From assembly GCA_000442015.1 (NCBI GenBank), contig KE560904.1, positions 1-64,000 on the forward strand: 64,000 nucleotides of DNA, written 5' to 3'. A program made the translations under genes and the position numbers. Of the stretch, positions 39,974 through 52,361 are shown one piece after another. The first letter of the stretch is position 1. Every line of letters begins with the position of its first letter. A model generated the notes under the pieces. That model saw nothing but the letters and a program-made list of their open reading frames with translations. It had not been told where the DNA came from and ran no database searches. Source of the stretch: Rozella allomycis CSF55 (lineage: Eukaryota).

Positions 39974-40877
39974 TTAAAAATTAGTAACGAGTTCTCTTCC
40001 ATTTTCATTTTCAAATTCAATTTCCATGTGACGGCGTTCTAAATAAAATCAAGTAACAAGCATTACTTTTCTTTTTTGGTTTCTCATCAGATGGTCCTTC
40101 ATTATCGTTAACATCTGAATCAGAGTCCCAAGCGACATTATCATCTTCAATATCTTCGAGGGATTCAAGATCAGAATACCCCTCAACAAACTCTCTTTCC
40201 TCTTCCTCTTCGATTTCTTCCTCTTCAAGCATTTGATCGAAAGTTTCTTGATTAAAGTTGTATATGTCTCCATAAACCCCTGACTTTAAACGTTCCAACA
40301 ATTCTTTCTGGATGGTTTGTTCCAGTCTAGCCGCACTTTCAGCCTTTATTTCTCGGCTGCGTTCTCTTCGCTCAATTTTGGGTTTAATCGCAACAAGTTT
40401 TGGCAAAGTTTTTGATCTAAGCCTTCGCATCTTCATTAACACCTGAGTTATTCTAGTCAGGCGCTGTTTGCATTTATGCACTTGAAATTTTGACCAATAC
40501 ATAAGCTCTTTATCAATCTGTTTCAAATTCAATTTAAAACATACTTGTTCCAATGCTTTTAAATAGTTATTGCTTAATTTAATTTTTTCCCACATGTTTT
40601 TTGGTGTATGAGCCCTTTCCACGGTTTTTATAAAAAGATATATAGATCCTAAGATAAAATAAAGAATAAATGTTTGCCTTCAACTTCTTTAACTGTTGCA
40701 TATTGTGAGTTGGCTAAAGGACATGACTGTTTGTTACAAAGTCCAGAAACATTATATTCGTTACGACAAAAGACTTGCGTCTTGGTTCTACATTTAAATT
40801 TCATGTTAAAAATACTTGGCTTTAAATGAACAAAATTGGTTATTAATAAGAGACCAGATTACGTCGTCGTGTTGCAT
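39974..40877 (-). CDS. MAK16: Ribosome biogenesis protein Mak16
   Basis: MQHDDVIW...[60 protein letters not shown], acidic tail. Confidence 0.95.
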
Positions 40878-41029
40878 TAAAAATTTTGAACGACGGAGGC
40901 TTGGCTAAACGAACGTACAGGGGATTCGGAACAAATATATTTGACACTTAAATTAGTTAATAAGTACAAGTAAATAAATTGAAAAATTATCCCTCAATAT
41001 TTTGACATTAATTCATAAACAAATTTAAG

Positions 41030-42579
41030 ATGGATAAAACAATCGAAAACACAAAAAAAGCATTGGCCCCATTGGTCAAACAAACACCATTGACTGACAA
41101 ATTGTTATCGAGACCTCCTTTTAAATATCTGCATAATTTAATTACGGAAATCATAACCCGAACAAATTACGCAAATGACATCTTTTCTCCTGATGAGCTT
41201 GTGGCGGAAAATATCACGGTATGGAAAAATATATAAATATATAAAAGGAAAAAGAAAGTAAAATTGCGTTCTTGAATAAAATTATCAGCAGAGTAGGTAA
41301 AAGACGCTAGATCCCCTGAATATTTAGAGAATACTCTTAATCAGCAAGTTGAAATTAAAGCAAATAAGATTGTTGCAGGGAAAGACTCAGATTTAACCAA
41401 TTTGTTTCTTCAACAGTTAGTAACAGCCTGTCAAATGAATCAACAGTCGCTAAACGACAGTGCCGTTATCACCCCGAAGTATAAAATTTCCATTCTTGTA
41501 ATAGACCTATAAAACCAGAAGCCGTCCAAAGGAATCTGTCGGCAGACTCTAATAAGTACAATACGTATATGGTTAATCATAAAGGAAGCCTGACTCTGCA
41601 GTTAGCCAGGACGATTACTCTAAATCTTCACATCAAAAAGAACCCAAGATAAAAGAAAAGAACAATTCTTCGGCTCATTCTTCAAAGGAATCCCTAAAAG
41701 GATCCAATGAGAGTATTAAATCAGCGAGAAAGACAGAAGATGTGAAAATTAAAAAGAGTAGCAGTGAGGCCATCAGCGAAGAGCCTGCTCGACCAAAAAC
41801 TTCAAGACCAAAAACAGCGAGAGCAGGCCCTCCAAGAAAGAAAATCTTAGAAATGACCGAGTATCCAAAGCGATTACTTTACATATAGTGATATTTCACA
41901 CAAAGAAAACGAAATCATGATTCCAGTGTCTGAACTCTCTGATATTAAAGAAGAAAGCTTTGTCATAATCGAAAATCACGACGACGTAACATACAAAAGC
42001 GCAATCGACGACGGTACGCACGGCGGCCTGGTGAAAAAGCTGATGCATAACACAAAAGACGCTATAGATTATTCTTCAGATTTGACTACCATTCCAAAAC
42101 CTCACGAAAATAACTCAAATGATTCGGAAATTGAATCGGTCAGAAAACAGGTACATTGCTCGTAAAATAGAAAAAGGTCAAATCAATTAAAGAGTCTCTC
42201 CAAGGCTACGTGAAGAATTCTCATATGTTTGGGAAATCTCTTGACTATGTCCAAGAAGACCTAAACTCTATGATAAATGAATTCAATCTTTGGCGCAATG
42301 AACTTCAGCTCAAAAGAAAAGAGTACCTGGATGCTGTCAAGTAAGATAAAAATTATTCTAATATTAGATGCACAAGCTTGATATTGGAACCAATGAATAA
42401 TCAGATATTTGCATTGAAAAATTCTATCCTTGAACAAGTAATTTATACTTCTCTATTCGTAAAAGGCGCAATTAATTAGGGACAAAAAATCTATTGTTTT
42501 TGAAAATGAAAAACAAATTATATCCCGTATTAACTCTATGATAATACCGGCGCAGTTGTAATATTTAGGTGTAAATAAA
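41030..42579 (+). CDS. IFT54: Intraflagellar transport protein IFT54 (TRAF3IP1/MIP-T3); 3' end approximate
   Basis: PLTDKLLSRPPFKYLH, KIVAGKDSDLTNLFLQ, RPKTARAGPP, HGGLVKKL, GKSLDYVQEDLNSMINE. Confidence 0.9.
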
Positions 42580-42781
42580 ATACTCTTTTAAGCTTTTTTG
42601 AACTTCCATAAAATAATTTCTATTGTCAAGATCTTTCAATCAATGTTTTATATGCCAGTTTATCTCTTATAATCTATGACATCGACCGAAAGATCTTGTT
42701 ACTTGTCACAGACTCACAATAGACTCCTTTTTTGAAACTCTTTTGAACTTCCACAAAAATAATTATGACGTAATTTCGTAA

Positions 42782-43552
42782 ATGAATACAGTTTTCATTC
42801 AAGGTGCTTCAAGAGGCATAGGCTTTTCTCTTATAAATGAATTGATTGGCAGAAATATATTCGTTATTGCATCTTGCAGAAATATTAAAAACGAAAAGCT
42901 CAACAGTTTGCCAAAGAGCCATTTAAAATTGATTGAATTGGATTTATTAAATGATAAGCACATCGAAAATTTTGGGATGGAATTCAGCCAAGCGATACAA
43001 GGGAAATTGATGCTATCACATGTTAGCATGGCGGGAGTTCTGATTCCCGAGAAAAGCATGAAGCAAGTTTCGTATGCTTCAATCAACGAATCATTTAAAG
43101 TTAATTGCATTTCCCCATTTTTGATAGTGAAGGAAACGATACCCTTCATGTTACAAACAGTCAAGAGCCCTTCATCAAACTTGAAACCTACATGTGTGTA
43201 TATATCTGCAAAAGTCGGTTCAATTTCTGAGAATAATCAACTTGGAGGCTGGTATTCTTATAGATCTTCCAAAGCGGCAGGGAATATGTTGTGGAAGACC
43301 CTTTCTTGTGAATTAGGCCCAAAAGGCATATCATGCTTTAGCGTTCATCCAGGTAATAATATATTTTTATTGAGATTTGGTTTTGTGGATACTGACATGA
43401 CTAGGGCTTACCATAAGAACATTCCACAAGAAAAAGTGCAAAGTAGTTCTGAAGCAGCGAATCGATTAGCTAATCTTATTTTGAATAACAATTCAAGGGA
43501 TTTGAATGGAAAGTTTTTCGACTTACAAAATAAAGAGTTCATTTTATGGTAA
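42782..43552 (+). CDS. Short-chain dehydrogenase/reductase, C-factor/CsgA-like
   Basis: IQGASRGIG, SAKVGSISEN, GGWYSYRSSKAA, HPG(...)FVDTDM. Confidence 0.9.
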   Translation: MNTVFIQGASRGIGFSLINELIGRNIFVIASCRNIKNEKLNSLPKSHLKLIELDLLNDKHIENFGMEFSQAIQGKLMLSHVSMAGVLIPEKSMKQVSYASINESFKVNCISPFLIVKETIPFMLQTVKSPSSNLKPTCVYISAKVGSISENNQLGGWYSYRSSKAAGNMLWKTLSCELGPKGISCFSVHPGNNIFLLRFGFVDTDMTRAYHKNIPQEKVQSSSEAANRLANLILNNNSRDLNGKFFDLQNKEFILW

Positions 43553-43591
43553 ATTTTAGTTTCAGCCACTTCTTCTATAAAAACAAAAAAA

Positions 43592-44909
43592 ATGACAGGA
43601 CGTTATGCAAAATGGACCAAACTTCAACTTATCAATAGGATTAAAGAGTTAGAAAGCCAGACGACTGTTCCCCTCAAAGATTTTTCATCCAGAGGTGACA
43701 ATCGGCCTATTGATTTCAACAAATATGGTCAAAGGCACGTTGCTTTTAAGGTTGCATATATTGGCTGGAATTATAGTGGTGTCGCTATATCTCATATGGA
43801 AGATAATTCTGTAGAGGTATGTATGTCTGTACCAGAAATTTCAGAGTTATTTACTCAGTGCGTTAATAAAAACGTCTTTCATCAAGGACAAAGACTACGC
43901 TAAGCTAACCAGATGTGGCAGAACCGATAAGGGAGTGAATGCATTTGGGCAGGTAGTGATATATTTCCAATCTTTCTAGGTTATATCTTGTCACCTAAGA
44001 TCAAAATTCACGAAAGAAGAGCTTTTGATGGATAACTTTGAATCAGAGGATAAAAAGGAATATGATTATTGCAGAATAATTAATAAAGTGCTGCCCAATG
44101 ATATTCGTATTTTAGGGTGGAGCTTTGTGCCAGAAGAATTTAATGCGCGGTTTGATTGCATGTATAGAAAATACAAATACTTCTTCCCTTGTAACGATTT
44201 AGATGTAGGATCAATGGCTTTGGCGGCTAATTATTTTGAGGGCACCCATGACTTTCGAAATTTTTGCAAAGTCACCCCAGAAACGCTGGATCAAAATTAC
44301 AACAGAACGGTCTTGGAAGCTAAAATAGTGAAGTCATCTGAGAGTCCTCATTCGTAAGTTTTTAATTGTAAATGCGAAAAGGTTAAAGTCGAACTCAATA
44401 GCTGGTTTCTATGAATTTCATGTCAAGGGTCACGCCTTTTTGTATCATCAAGTGCGGTGTATGATCGCCGTACTTTTCTTGGTTGGACGTGGATTAGAAA
44501 AACCAGAAGTAAAAAATATCTTTTGTGTTTTTCAGATTGTTAAACAACTTTTAGACACTGACACTTTCCCTGTTAAACCAACATATGAATTGGCGGCTGG
44601 TGAAAATCTTGTCTTGTACGAAGCGGGCTATGAAAACTTGATATTTACGCCCGTAGATCCCTCTTTTACTTTTACCGAGTGGTTTTACAAGATAGAAAAA
44701 TCCCTAGTCGACGTTGTAGTTCTTTCACAAATGTTAAGTGATGCCGTTTCATCTGATTTCTGCAAAGAAATTTATGAGAAACAAAGCGGACCTTTATTAT
44801 CCAAGTCATTTAAAGGACAACTTTACAAGAGGTTGTGCGACCGGAAAACTTGCGGTAATATTTTTTACTTGTATTAAAAGATTTACACAAAAAAATCAAA
44901 ACCAACTGA
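43592..44909 (+). CDS. PUS3: tRNA pseudouridine(38/39) synthase (TruA family, Deg1/Pus3)
   Basis: RHVAFKVAYIGWNYSG, RCGRTDKGV, FNARFDC, GTHDFRNFCK, AFLYHQVRCM. Confidence 0.92.
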
Positions 44910-45012
44910 TTTAATAAACATTCTTTTTGAATTATAGTTTTTACCTCACTTTAACGTAATTGTTTGACGCTCTTTCAGTATTTTGAAAATTGATATTTAC
45001 ATTATCGTTTCC

Positions 45013-47422
45013 ATGCTAACATTTACTAGTGAAAATGTTTTAAGTCCTTTGGCAGAAACAGTGACAGCCATATTGCTACATATCGAAGAAACAAATAACA
45101 AAAATCTCCCATTGGCTGATTTGTCAAAGGTGGCGTCAAATGTTCAAGATCAATTGTCAAATCTTATCAACGTAGGGACTTCTATTCAGGAATCCATTTT
45201 GAATAATCAGAAATTTTATGATAGATTTAGTGAAGCGATACATAAACTAAAGAAATCGTTATCTGATCTCGATGTTTCAATCAACAAACTGCAAAAAGAG
45301 GGAAGAGATAGTGAAGCTAAAGAAGTCCTAAAGTCATCTATGAGGGACTTATTAGAAGGTATGCTAATAATTAGCATCAAAAGTAGGAACGGCACAATTG
45401 TTGAACTGTAACGATGAGTTTGAAATTTCCCATATTATTGAAAGTGGTGAAAAGAGTTTAACCTACTTGGCAAAAATTAAAGAAACAAATGATGTTTCTA
45501 CTTTTGCGCAGCTCGTGAAGCCTACATGTCAAGAATTTGTTGATCTAATATCGTACACAAAATCTAGGGCATCTGAGCTCTTGGATGAAAGGATTAAGGT
45601 TGAATTAGAAGATTATTCTGAAAAAATTTCAAAGGAAGCGTCTATACTTATAAGCTCAATGAAATGCTACCTTAGCAATACCAGCTCCGAGTCAAATAGA
45701 AGTTTAAAAGATTCTTGGATTCAAGCACTTCAAGACTCAATTGTAGCGATTCTGAAAATTGTAAAAGGCGAAGAGGAAAATGATAATGAATCTGATAAAG
45801 ATAAGACGAATAAACTATGGGATTTTATGGACATGAAGGAAAAATTGGCCCTTGCTATTCAATATTACAAAATGGGGAAAGTTTCGGACTCCAAGTCTGT
45901 TCTTGAAAAAATTGAATCTGATATTGTGTCTGCAGAGCAAATAATAAATCAAATTCCATTACTAGCGGGTAATGAAACTGTATCAAGGGGAATTTCTAAA
46001 GCCAAAAAGGATATATCATCAATCATTTCTTTGATAAGTGAATCTAATTCAGAAGAATCGGAGAATTTAAACACTGAAAAACAATTTTCGGATATCAATA
46101 ATCTTTTCTTGAAGCTTGACAAAGTAACAAAGCAAACAATAGCTGGTCCTGTTCGTAAGGCCTTTGATGAATTTAAGACATCTGAAAATCTTCTATTTTA
46201 TGATAAAAATAAGGGCCATATTGATGAAATGTTGACGACAATTGAGAGCAAGAGTCCTGAAGATGCCAAAGCTATTTTTGCGAATTTCCAGAATGCCGCG
46301 GAGAATATTTTAAATGCTGGTGAGATTATTTCGCATCAAAATGTTTATTCGCAAAATGAAATACAAAATTATCATAGAAAATCAATTTGGGCATATAAGA
46401 ACCTAAACTCTGCTTTTACTTCTTGTTTGAGTTCTAAGACTGAAAATTCAAATGGCTTTAAACAGAAATTTGTGAAAGAATATGTCAGAGATGTTTTTAA
46501 GACCTATCTTCCTGTGATTCAAGAGTACAGTGAATTGCTCTTGGAGTGCACATCACCGTTAGGTATTTAATGTTATTAATCATAAATAGACAAAGAGAAC
46601 AGAAAAAATAAATCGGATAATGATAATTCCTTGATGATGAATTCCCTTGTGGAGGCTTTGCCACAATCAGATCACAAGTTAAAGAAAGACGTTCATGCGC
46701 AAGAGTTTACAGAAACTAAAGTGAATGAAGAAAAGGGTTCAAATGATGAGAAATTCCAATCTGATGGCGGGACAGAATATTTGCTAGTAAAGGAAGAGCA
46801 GCCCAAACTTTTAAGTCAAGAAGAAGCCATTAAGAATCCTATAAAGGTGAGAAACTAATTTATTATAGATTAGGCGGTCGCACAAGAACTCTTCGTCGCA
46901 GCCTCCAATTGGAGTGAAGAAAACAATCCATTAATTAGAACTACAAATGACTTGGGAAAACACATTGAAAATTTGTCAGAAACATATCGTGATTCTACAT
47001 TTAAAGCGAATTTAATCGAAACAACAAAGAAAATTGTATTGTTGACCCAAAGTATTATTGATTACGCTTTGTACATTGCAGAGCATTGTAGCGATCCAAA
47101 ACTCCAAAAACACTTAGTTGAAATTGTAGAAAGACTTCCAACTATTGGTGTGCAGCTTAAAATCGTTTGCGCTGTTAAAGCATCCAGACCAAATGACTTG
47201 GACACTGAAACACAAATAATAACGTGTGCTAAAAACATCATGCGTACAGTCAAAGATACAATAAGTGCCTGTGAATCAGCGTACTTGAGATACACATCTG
47301 AGCCAGTTGCATCTCATCCTAAATTGATGACTCTAAAGAATAAGAGAATAACAAAAGATCAAAATCTTATTACTGATTTTGCAGACCTAAAATTTGTTCG
47401 AAAGATATACAAGATTAAATAA
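45013..47422 (+). CDS. Vinculin/alpha-catenin family protein
   Basis: Head TSENVLSPLAETV...LADLSKVASNVQDQLSNLINVG; tail WSEENNPLI, IAEHCSDPKL, ERLPTIGVQLKIVCAVKA, CAKNIMRTVKDT. Confidence 0.85.
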
Positions 47423-47472
47423 AGTCATTTTAAAAGATATTTACTATTGACCCTTGAATACAACCAAAAATA

Positions 47473-48876
47473 TTAGTTTATTAAGTAACACAGTGAGAAT
47501 AGGATGAGACTGATGATGCTGGCAATTGAATTCTGGCTAGCGTTTGAAGTAAGATAGCCATCCATACCAAGGTGGGCGTTTCCAGCTTCTTGGATTGAAC
47601 CAGACACATACTCATCTGCCTGCTTGGGTGCAGCATCGCTTGAATCTTGATCTTGCTTTTTGACAGTTTTAGGCTTCAATCCTTTGTCTGCTGATTCACT
47701 GTCACTAGAATACATTTTATCGCCATCTTCTGCTTCTTCAGAATCGTCGCCTTCTTCGTTTTCGTTTTCAGATGACCCATACTCTTGTTCATCGTCGTAG
47801 GTGGACTCATCCTCATCTCCATCCTCCGCTTCATCCTCGCCTTCATTTTGAGTTGAACCTTGATCTTCATCTTCCTCTGTTGCAGAAGTGTCTTCTTCAT
47901 CTGCATTTTCAGATGACTCATCGTTTTCGTCATCCTCCTCGTAAGTCGCCCCTTCATCGTCTTCGCTTTCACTTTCAGGAGACTCTTCATTTGTTTCGTC
48001 GTCTGTTGAATATTCGCCGACGTCATGTTGTGAAGCACCTTCATCTTGCTCGATTTCCTCCGTAGAATATTCACTCGCATCGTTTTCTTCGTCCTCCTCG
48101 TCAGATAGTTCTTCGTCACCTACTTCATCATCTTCAGTTTGAGAATTGTTATCTGCTTCTTCTGGTTTTGTTGAATATTCACCCAAGTCATTTTGAGATG
48201 AACCTTGGCCTTGTTCGTCTTCTTCCGGCTCTGTGGAATATTCACCCGCGTCATTTTGAGAAGAACCTTGATCTTGTTCGTCTTCTTCCGGCTTCACGTC
48301 GTTTTGAGTAGCGCCTTGGTCTTGCTCATTTTCCTCTGTAGAATATTCACCCGCGTCGTTTTGAGTAGCACCTTGATCTTGTTCATTTTCCTCTGTAGAA
48401 TATTCACCCGCGTCGTTTTGAGTAGCGCCTTGATCTTGCTCATTTTCCTCTGGTTTTGTACCTGCGTCATTTTGAGTAGCGCCTTGGTCTTGTTCATTTT
48501 CTTCTGGTTGTGTAGCATATTCTCCAGCATCATGTTGAGATGAACCTTGATTGTCTTCTTCGCTGGCCTGTTCGTTGCCAGCATGTTCATATTGAGATGA
48601 ACCGGTTGATTGTTCATCCATAGTAGTTTCGGCTTGAGTAGGATTTGCCAGCTCCTCCTCTTCTTCGTCGTTTTCAGAGTCAGTTGAGTAGTGAGATTGA
48701 ACAGGATTTGATTCACTATCGTCAGTGACATCGGACTGATATTGACCAGGAGCGTCTGTATCAACAGAACCGGTGTTTGCAAGATCGCCTTGATAATTGC
48801 CGGTGTTGTGCGCATCCGCTACTACAAACAATAGTGCAATACTTATTAAAACACAAAAGTATGTCGACTTTAACAT
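47473..48876 (-). CDS. Secreted, probably GPI-anchored, extremely acidic repeat protein
   Basis: Intronless 467-aa ORF; N-terminal signal peptide; D/E/Q/N-rich body; small residues then a hydrophobic C-terminal tail (SNASQNSIASIISLILFSLCYLIN). Confidence 0.75.
   Translation of the reverse strand: MLKSTYFCVLISIALLFVVADAHNTGNYQGDLANTGSVDTDAPGQYQSDVTDDSESNPVQSHYSTDSENDEEEEELANPTQAETTMDEQSTGSSQYEHAGNEQASEEDNQGSSQHDAGEYATQPEENEQDQGATQNDAGTKPEENEQDQGATQNDAGEYSTEENEQDQGATQNDAGEYSTEENEQDQGATQNDVKPEEDEQDQGSSQNDAGEYSTEPEEDEQGQGSSQNDLGEYSTKPEEADNNSQTEDDEVGDEELSDEEDEENDASEYSTEEIEQDEGASQHDVGEYSTDDETNEESPESESEDDEGATYEEDDENDESSENADEEDTSATEEDEDQGSTQNEGEDEAEDGDEDESTYDDEQEYGSSENENEEGDDSEEAEDGDKMYSSDSESADKGLKPKTVKKQDQDSSDAAPKQADEYVSGSIQEAGNAHLGMDGYLTSNASQNSIASIISLILFSLCYLIN
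48165..48560 (-). repeat. Coding tandem repeat, ~51-63 nt units encoding (P)EENEQDQGATQNDAGEYST variants
   Basis: About seven imperfect units are visible in both the DNA and the translation. Confidence 0.9.
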
Positions 48877-48931
48877 GTGACTGAAAGGGGTAATGCGTCA
48901 AAATACTTAAAATAGAATGAACCAATCAAAG

Positions 48932-50584
48932 TTATTTGGATTTATTTTTATCGACAGTTTCATAAAATAGGTTAGCCACTGAAGGTTCCTTGAAGCGTAC
49001 AAAATACTTTGTTGGCTTGGTATCACCCGTAAACAATGCGATGTGAATTTCTTTCTTGCCTTGATTGTAAGAACAAATAAATGAGGGAAGGTAATAATTA
49101 AATAGGACTTTACCAGAACCTTCGGAGCGAAACAATGCGCGAGATTTTTGCGTTTCTTTGTTTCTATTGACTTTGAAAATACCAACACCTGATTGAAACA
49201 GAAAGATTGAATTTACCCAAATCAGACCATTCGTTGTTTTCTTTTAGTTGGAAGATTTTCGATCTAGACTCACATAAAACTTCTTCATTTTCTTCTCCTT
49301 CTCCTGTTTTAATCAATTCGTCATTTGATCTTTTATTCAAAAATGATTCTTCTTCTCCTTGAGGGATTTCATCATCGTTTTCTTCTTTTTTATCCACTTT
49401 CGCCCCAAAGGTAAACCCAGAGGAAGAATTATTATTAGTTCCGAAAGAAAAAGACAATTGTGGGGTCGAATTTGAACTTCCGAAAAGAAATGGCTTATCG
49501 GTTGGCTTTGTCGATGTGACGTCATTTATTGGATTTCCAAAAGAAAATTGACTTTTTTCAGTTGTTAATTCTTTCTTTTCACTGACATCTTTTGAGCTGC
49601 TTTCAAACACCTCTGTTTTACCAAATGCAAACTTGTTTGTTGGTTTAATATCTTCTTGCGTTGAATTTGAAAGTGAAAAGTTTGATTCAATTTTGAAACC
49701 ATTAGACTTTATTGGTTCCTTTGATCCAGTCGTAGAAGCGGCTTGGCCAAAAGTAAACTTTAGTGGCTCTTTTGATTCAGTGGTGGCAGGTTGACCAAAC
49801 GTAAACTTTGGTGGTTCCTTTGTTTCAATAGATGAGGCACTGCCAAATGAAAACTTTGGCGGCTCTTTTGATTCAGTAATGGTGGTTTGACCGAAAGTAA
49901 ACTTTGGTAAGTCCTTTGATTCCGTCGCGGACGTTTGACCAAAAGTAAACTTTGACTCTATCGGTTTTTCTTCTCCAATTTTAAAGCCGACATTTTTTAC
50001 TTCTTCTAAGACGACTTTTGATTCCAATTGACCATTTTTATTGTCATTCAATTTTACAGTGTTTTCACCCTTGCCTGGATTTGATAGTTTGTTTTTCACA
50101 TCAGGATATTTTTGTAGAATTGTGGAATAATGATTTTTATAAGAATCAAAAAACTTTGATAAATCAATAAACGGGTTGGTTTTGATTTCGTTTCCGATTT
50201 TAGTTGTAAAAGACATATTTAGTCCCTTAATGGACGCATGGAATTCTTTTTCCCTGTTATCTTTGACCGCAAAATTCTCTTTTGAAGTATTTTCTTCAGT
50301 CTTTTTCTCTTGCTCGGGCTTTGGCTTTGAGCCAAAGTTAGCTAAAGATGCGAACGGATTTACAGCCGATTTCTCTTTATTTACTAGTCGTCTTTTTGGC
50401 TTTGATATTCTAAATATGCTTGGTTATATTAGTGTTACTGTCTTGTTGAAAGGATACTCTCGTCAGCCCTTTTCCAAGATCCTTCATCCTTCTACCAAGG
50501 TAAAAAAATATTTACTTGCACATCTTCATCCTCGTGGTCAAAGTTTAGTTGAGTTATTTGCTGGTTTGCTCCTCTTTTCGACAT
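48932..50584 (-). CDS. NUP2: Nucleoporin Nup2/Nup50 (N-terminal NUP50 motif, FxFG repeats, Ran-binding domain)
   Basis: MSKRGANQQITQLNFDHED; repeated KFTFGQ/FSFG; KTGEGEENEEVLCESRSKIF...WSDLG; RSEGSGKVLFN. Confidence 0.85.
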
Positions 50585-50830
50585 TTTCTTTATTCGAAAT
50601 TTCCTTGGCCACAATGTGGGTCGACGAAAATTGTTACAAAGGCAAATTTTATATAATTATATTGAATGTACTAAAACAAACTATAAAAATCAGTATGTGT
50701 GATGCGTAGTATTTTTTCGAGTTAATACGTTATTGGGAATTTTCCGCGGGAACTTGTAAAAGGCCTAAAGCGTTATCCATAATAAATACAACTAATGACT
50801 AAAATTAATGCCTAATTATCGGCCTTTTAT

Positions 50831-51668
50831 TCAATATTTCCGGTAACGATCATAATTTCGACCAGAGTCACGCCTGCGCTCATCTCGACTTTCTCTTCGT
50901 CTAACGGGAGATCTTGTGTGATCTGATGATTTAACAGGATCAGAGCTCGAAGCTTTCTTTATTCCAAAACCTAAAAATTTCAAAATCAAAAGTCTACCAA
51001 ATCGGCGTGGCTTCCAACCTTTCACTGTCCTTCCTCTTTCGACGTCAACAATGATGCGATAGCCATCGATTCTCATACCTTCAGCATCACGATATGCAAT
51101 TTTCAATTCTCTCTCCTTTTCAAACTCCACAAACGCGTATCCCCTGGATATACCCTTTTTGTTTTTCACTATTCTTAACTGTTTTAACAATAGACAATAT
51201 AAATACGTTAGTGATGTTCCCAAAACGCTCAAATTCTTTCTTTAAAGACTTTTCAGTTGTTTCTCTATTCTTCGTCTCATTTTTGTAAGATTATTACTAG
51301 ATGTGCAACAAATAATGTTTTGTAAGGATTTTCAGTAGCTTTTTCATTTTTCGATGGATCCCCTATCACAAAGTAATTCCAACCTTACAATTATTGATCA
51401 GCTCATGCAATTTTTCTTTCTTTCTTTTATTTCGTTCGTTGCGCTATTTTAAATAATGCAAAAATATTACCAATCGTTCTATTTTCTCTTTTAATGTTTC
51501 AGTGTGAATATATCCGTCGTCAGTCCCTAAATTGTGTAAGTAGTCTGCAACAGGTGTAATAAAAGGACCTTTTCTTTTCGAAAAATCCGGGTCTAGAGGA
51601 GGAAGTGGATCAACTATAGGACGAGGTGCAAATAATTTTAACAAAGGAGCTGGTAGTACCTTCGCCAT
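50831..51668 (-). CDS. SNP1: U1 snRNP 70K protein
   Basis: LPAPLLKLFAPRP, NPYKTLFVAHL, SRGYAFVEF, IVDVERGRTVKGWKPRRFG. Confidence 0.93.
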
Positions 51669-51930
51669 TTCAGCAAGGGTTTGAACTTTCAAACGCAGTA
51701 CAAACAATTGGACAAAGAAACTAGGATAAAAAATAAATTATTAAATTTTGGGTAATCGCTCTTTAATAATGAGAATCTAAACATTGTTGATTTGGAGGGG
51801 TTATTTTTCATGTAGTCAATAAGAAATTGAGAATCTAGAATCTTCTGGTTATACTTTAAGCATTTAAATTGCATTTGGAACTATCGCCTTTTTGAACTTC
51901 ATTTTCGTTGGCCCGTTGAGGCTTGGTTTG

Positions 51931-52339
51931 ATGATCGCTAAAAACAAAACCTCCCAAGCAGTAAAAAAGATAATCTTGAAGAAACGACTTCAAAAAGCTC
52001 TCAAAAATGATTGTATAAATATGGAAAGCTTGAAAAATGATGATTCTAAAAAGATAATACCGCATTCAACCAAGAAGCCAAATCCTTTAACAAAGGCTAG
52101 AAAAGATTATCAGGAAAAGAAAAAAAATGAAGATGAAATCAAAAAGGTAAAGTATTCTAATATGAATAAATCAGAACAAAGAAGAAGAGAAAATAAGAAA
52201 TCAACAGTTGAAGCAAGAAAAAGAACGTCGAAGAGATCAAAGCCGAAAGAAGCTTCTGCAAAGAAACAAAAGAGGACAGCCTGTATTAAAAAATCATATT
52301 AATCATTTACTGCATAAAATTAAATCCGAAATGAATTGA
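51931..52339 (+). CDS. Small basic rRNA-processing protein (Fyv7/TAP26-like)
   Basis: Lys-rich coiled coil; spliced C-terminus KLLQRNKRGQPVLKNHINHLLHKI. Confidence 0.65.
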
Positions 52340-52361
52340 ATAACATGCAAAATTGTTTTTA

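Noticed and set aside
47676-48815. Long alternative-frame and antisense ORFs over the acidic repeat gene
   Set aside because: They are by-products of repetitive, biased codon usage.
49730-49960. Regularly spaced short repeats superficially like a CRISPR array
   Set aside because: They encode Nup2 FxFG repeats; the context is eukaryotic and there are no cas genes.
50176-50709. 177-aa plus-strand ORF
   Set aside because: It is the antisense shadow of the NUP2 5' exons and has no recognisable motif.
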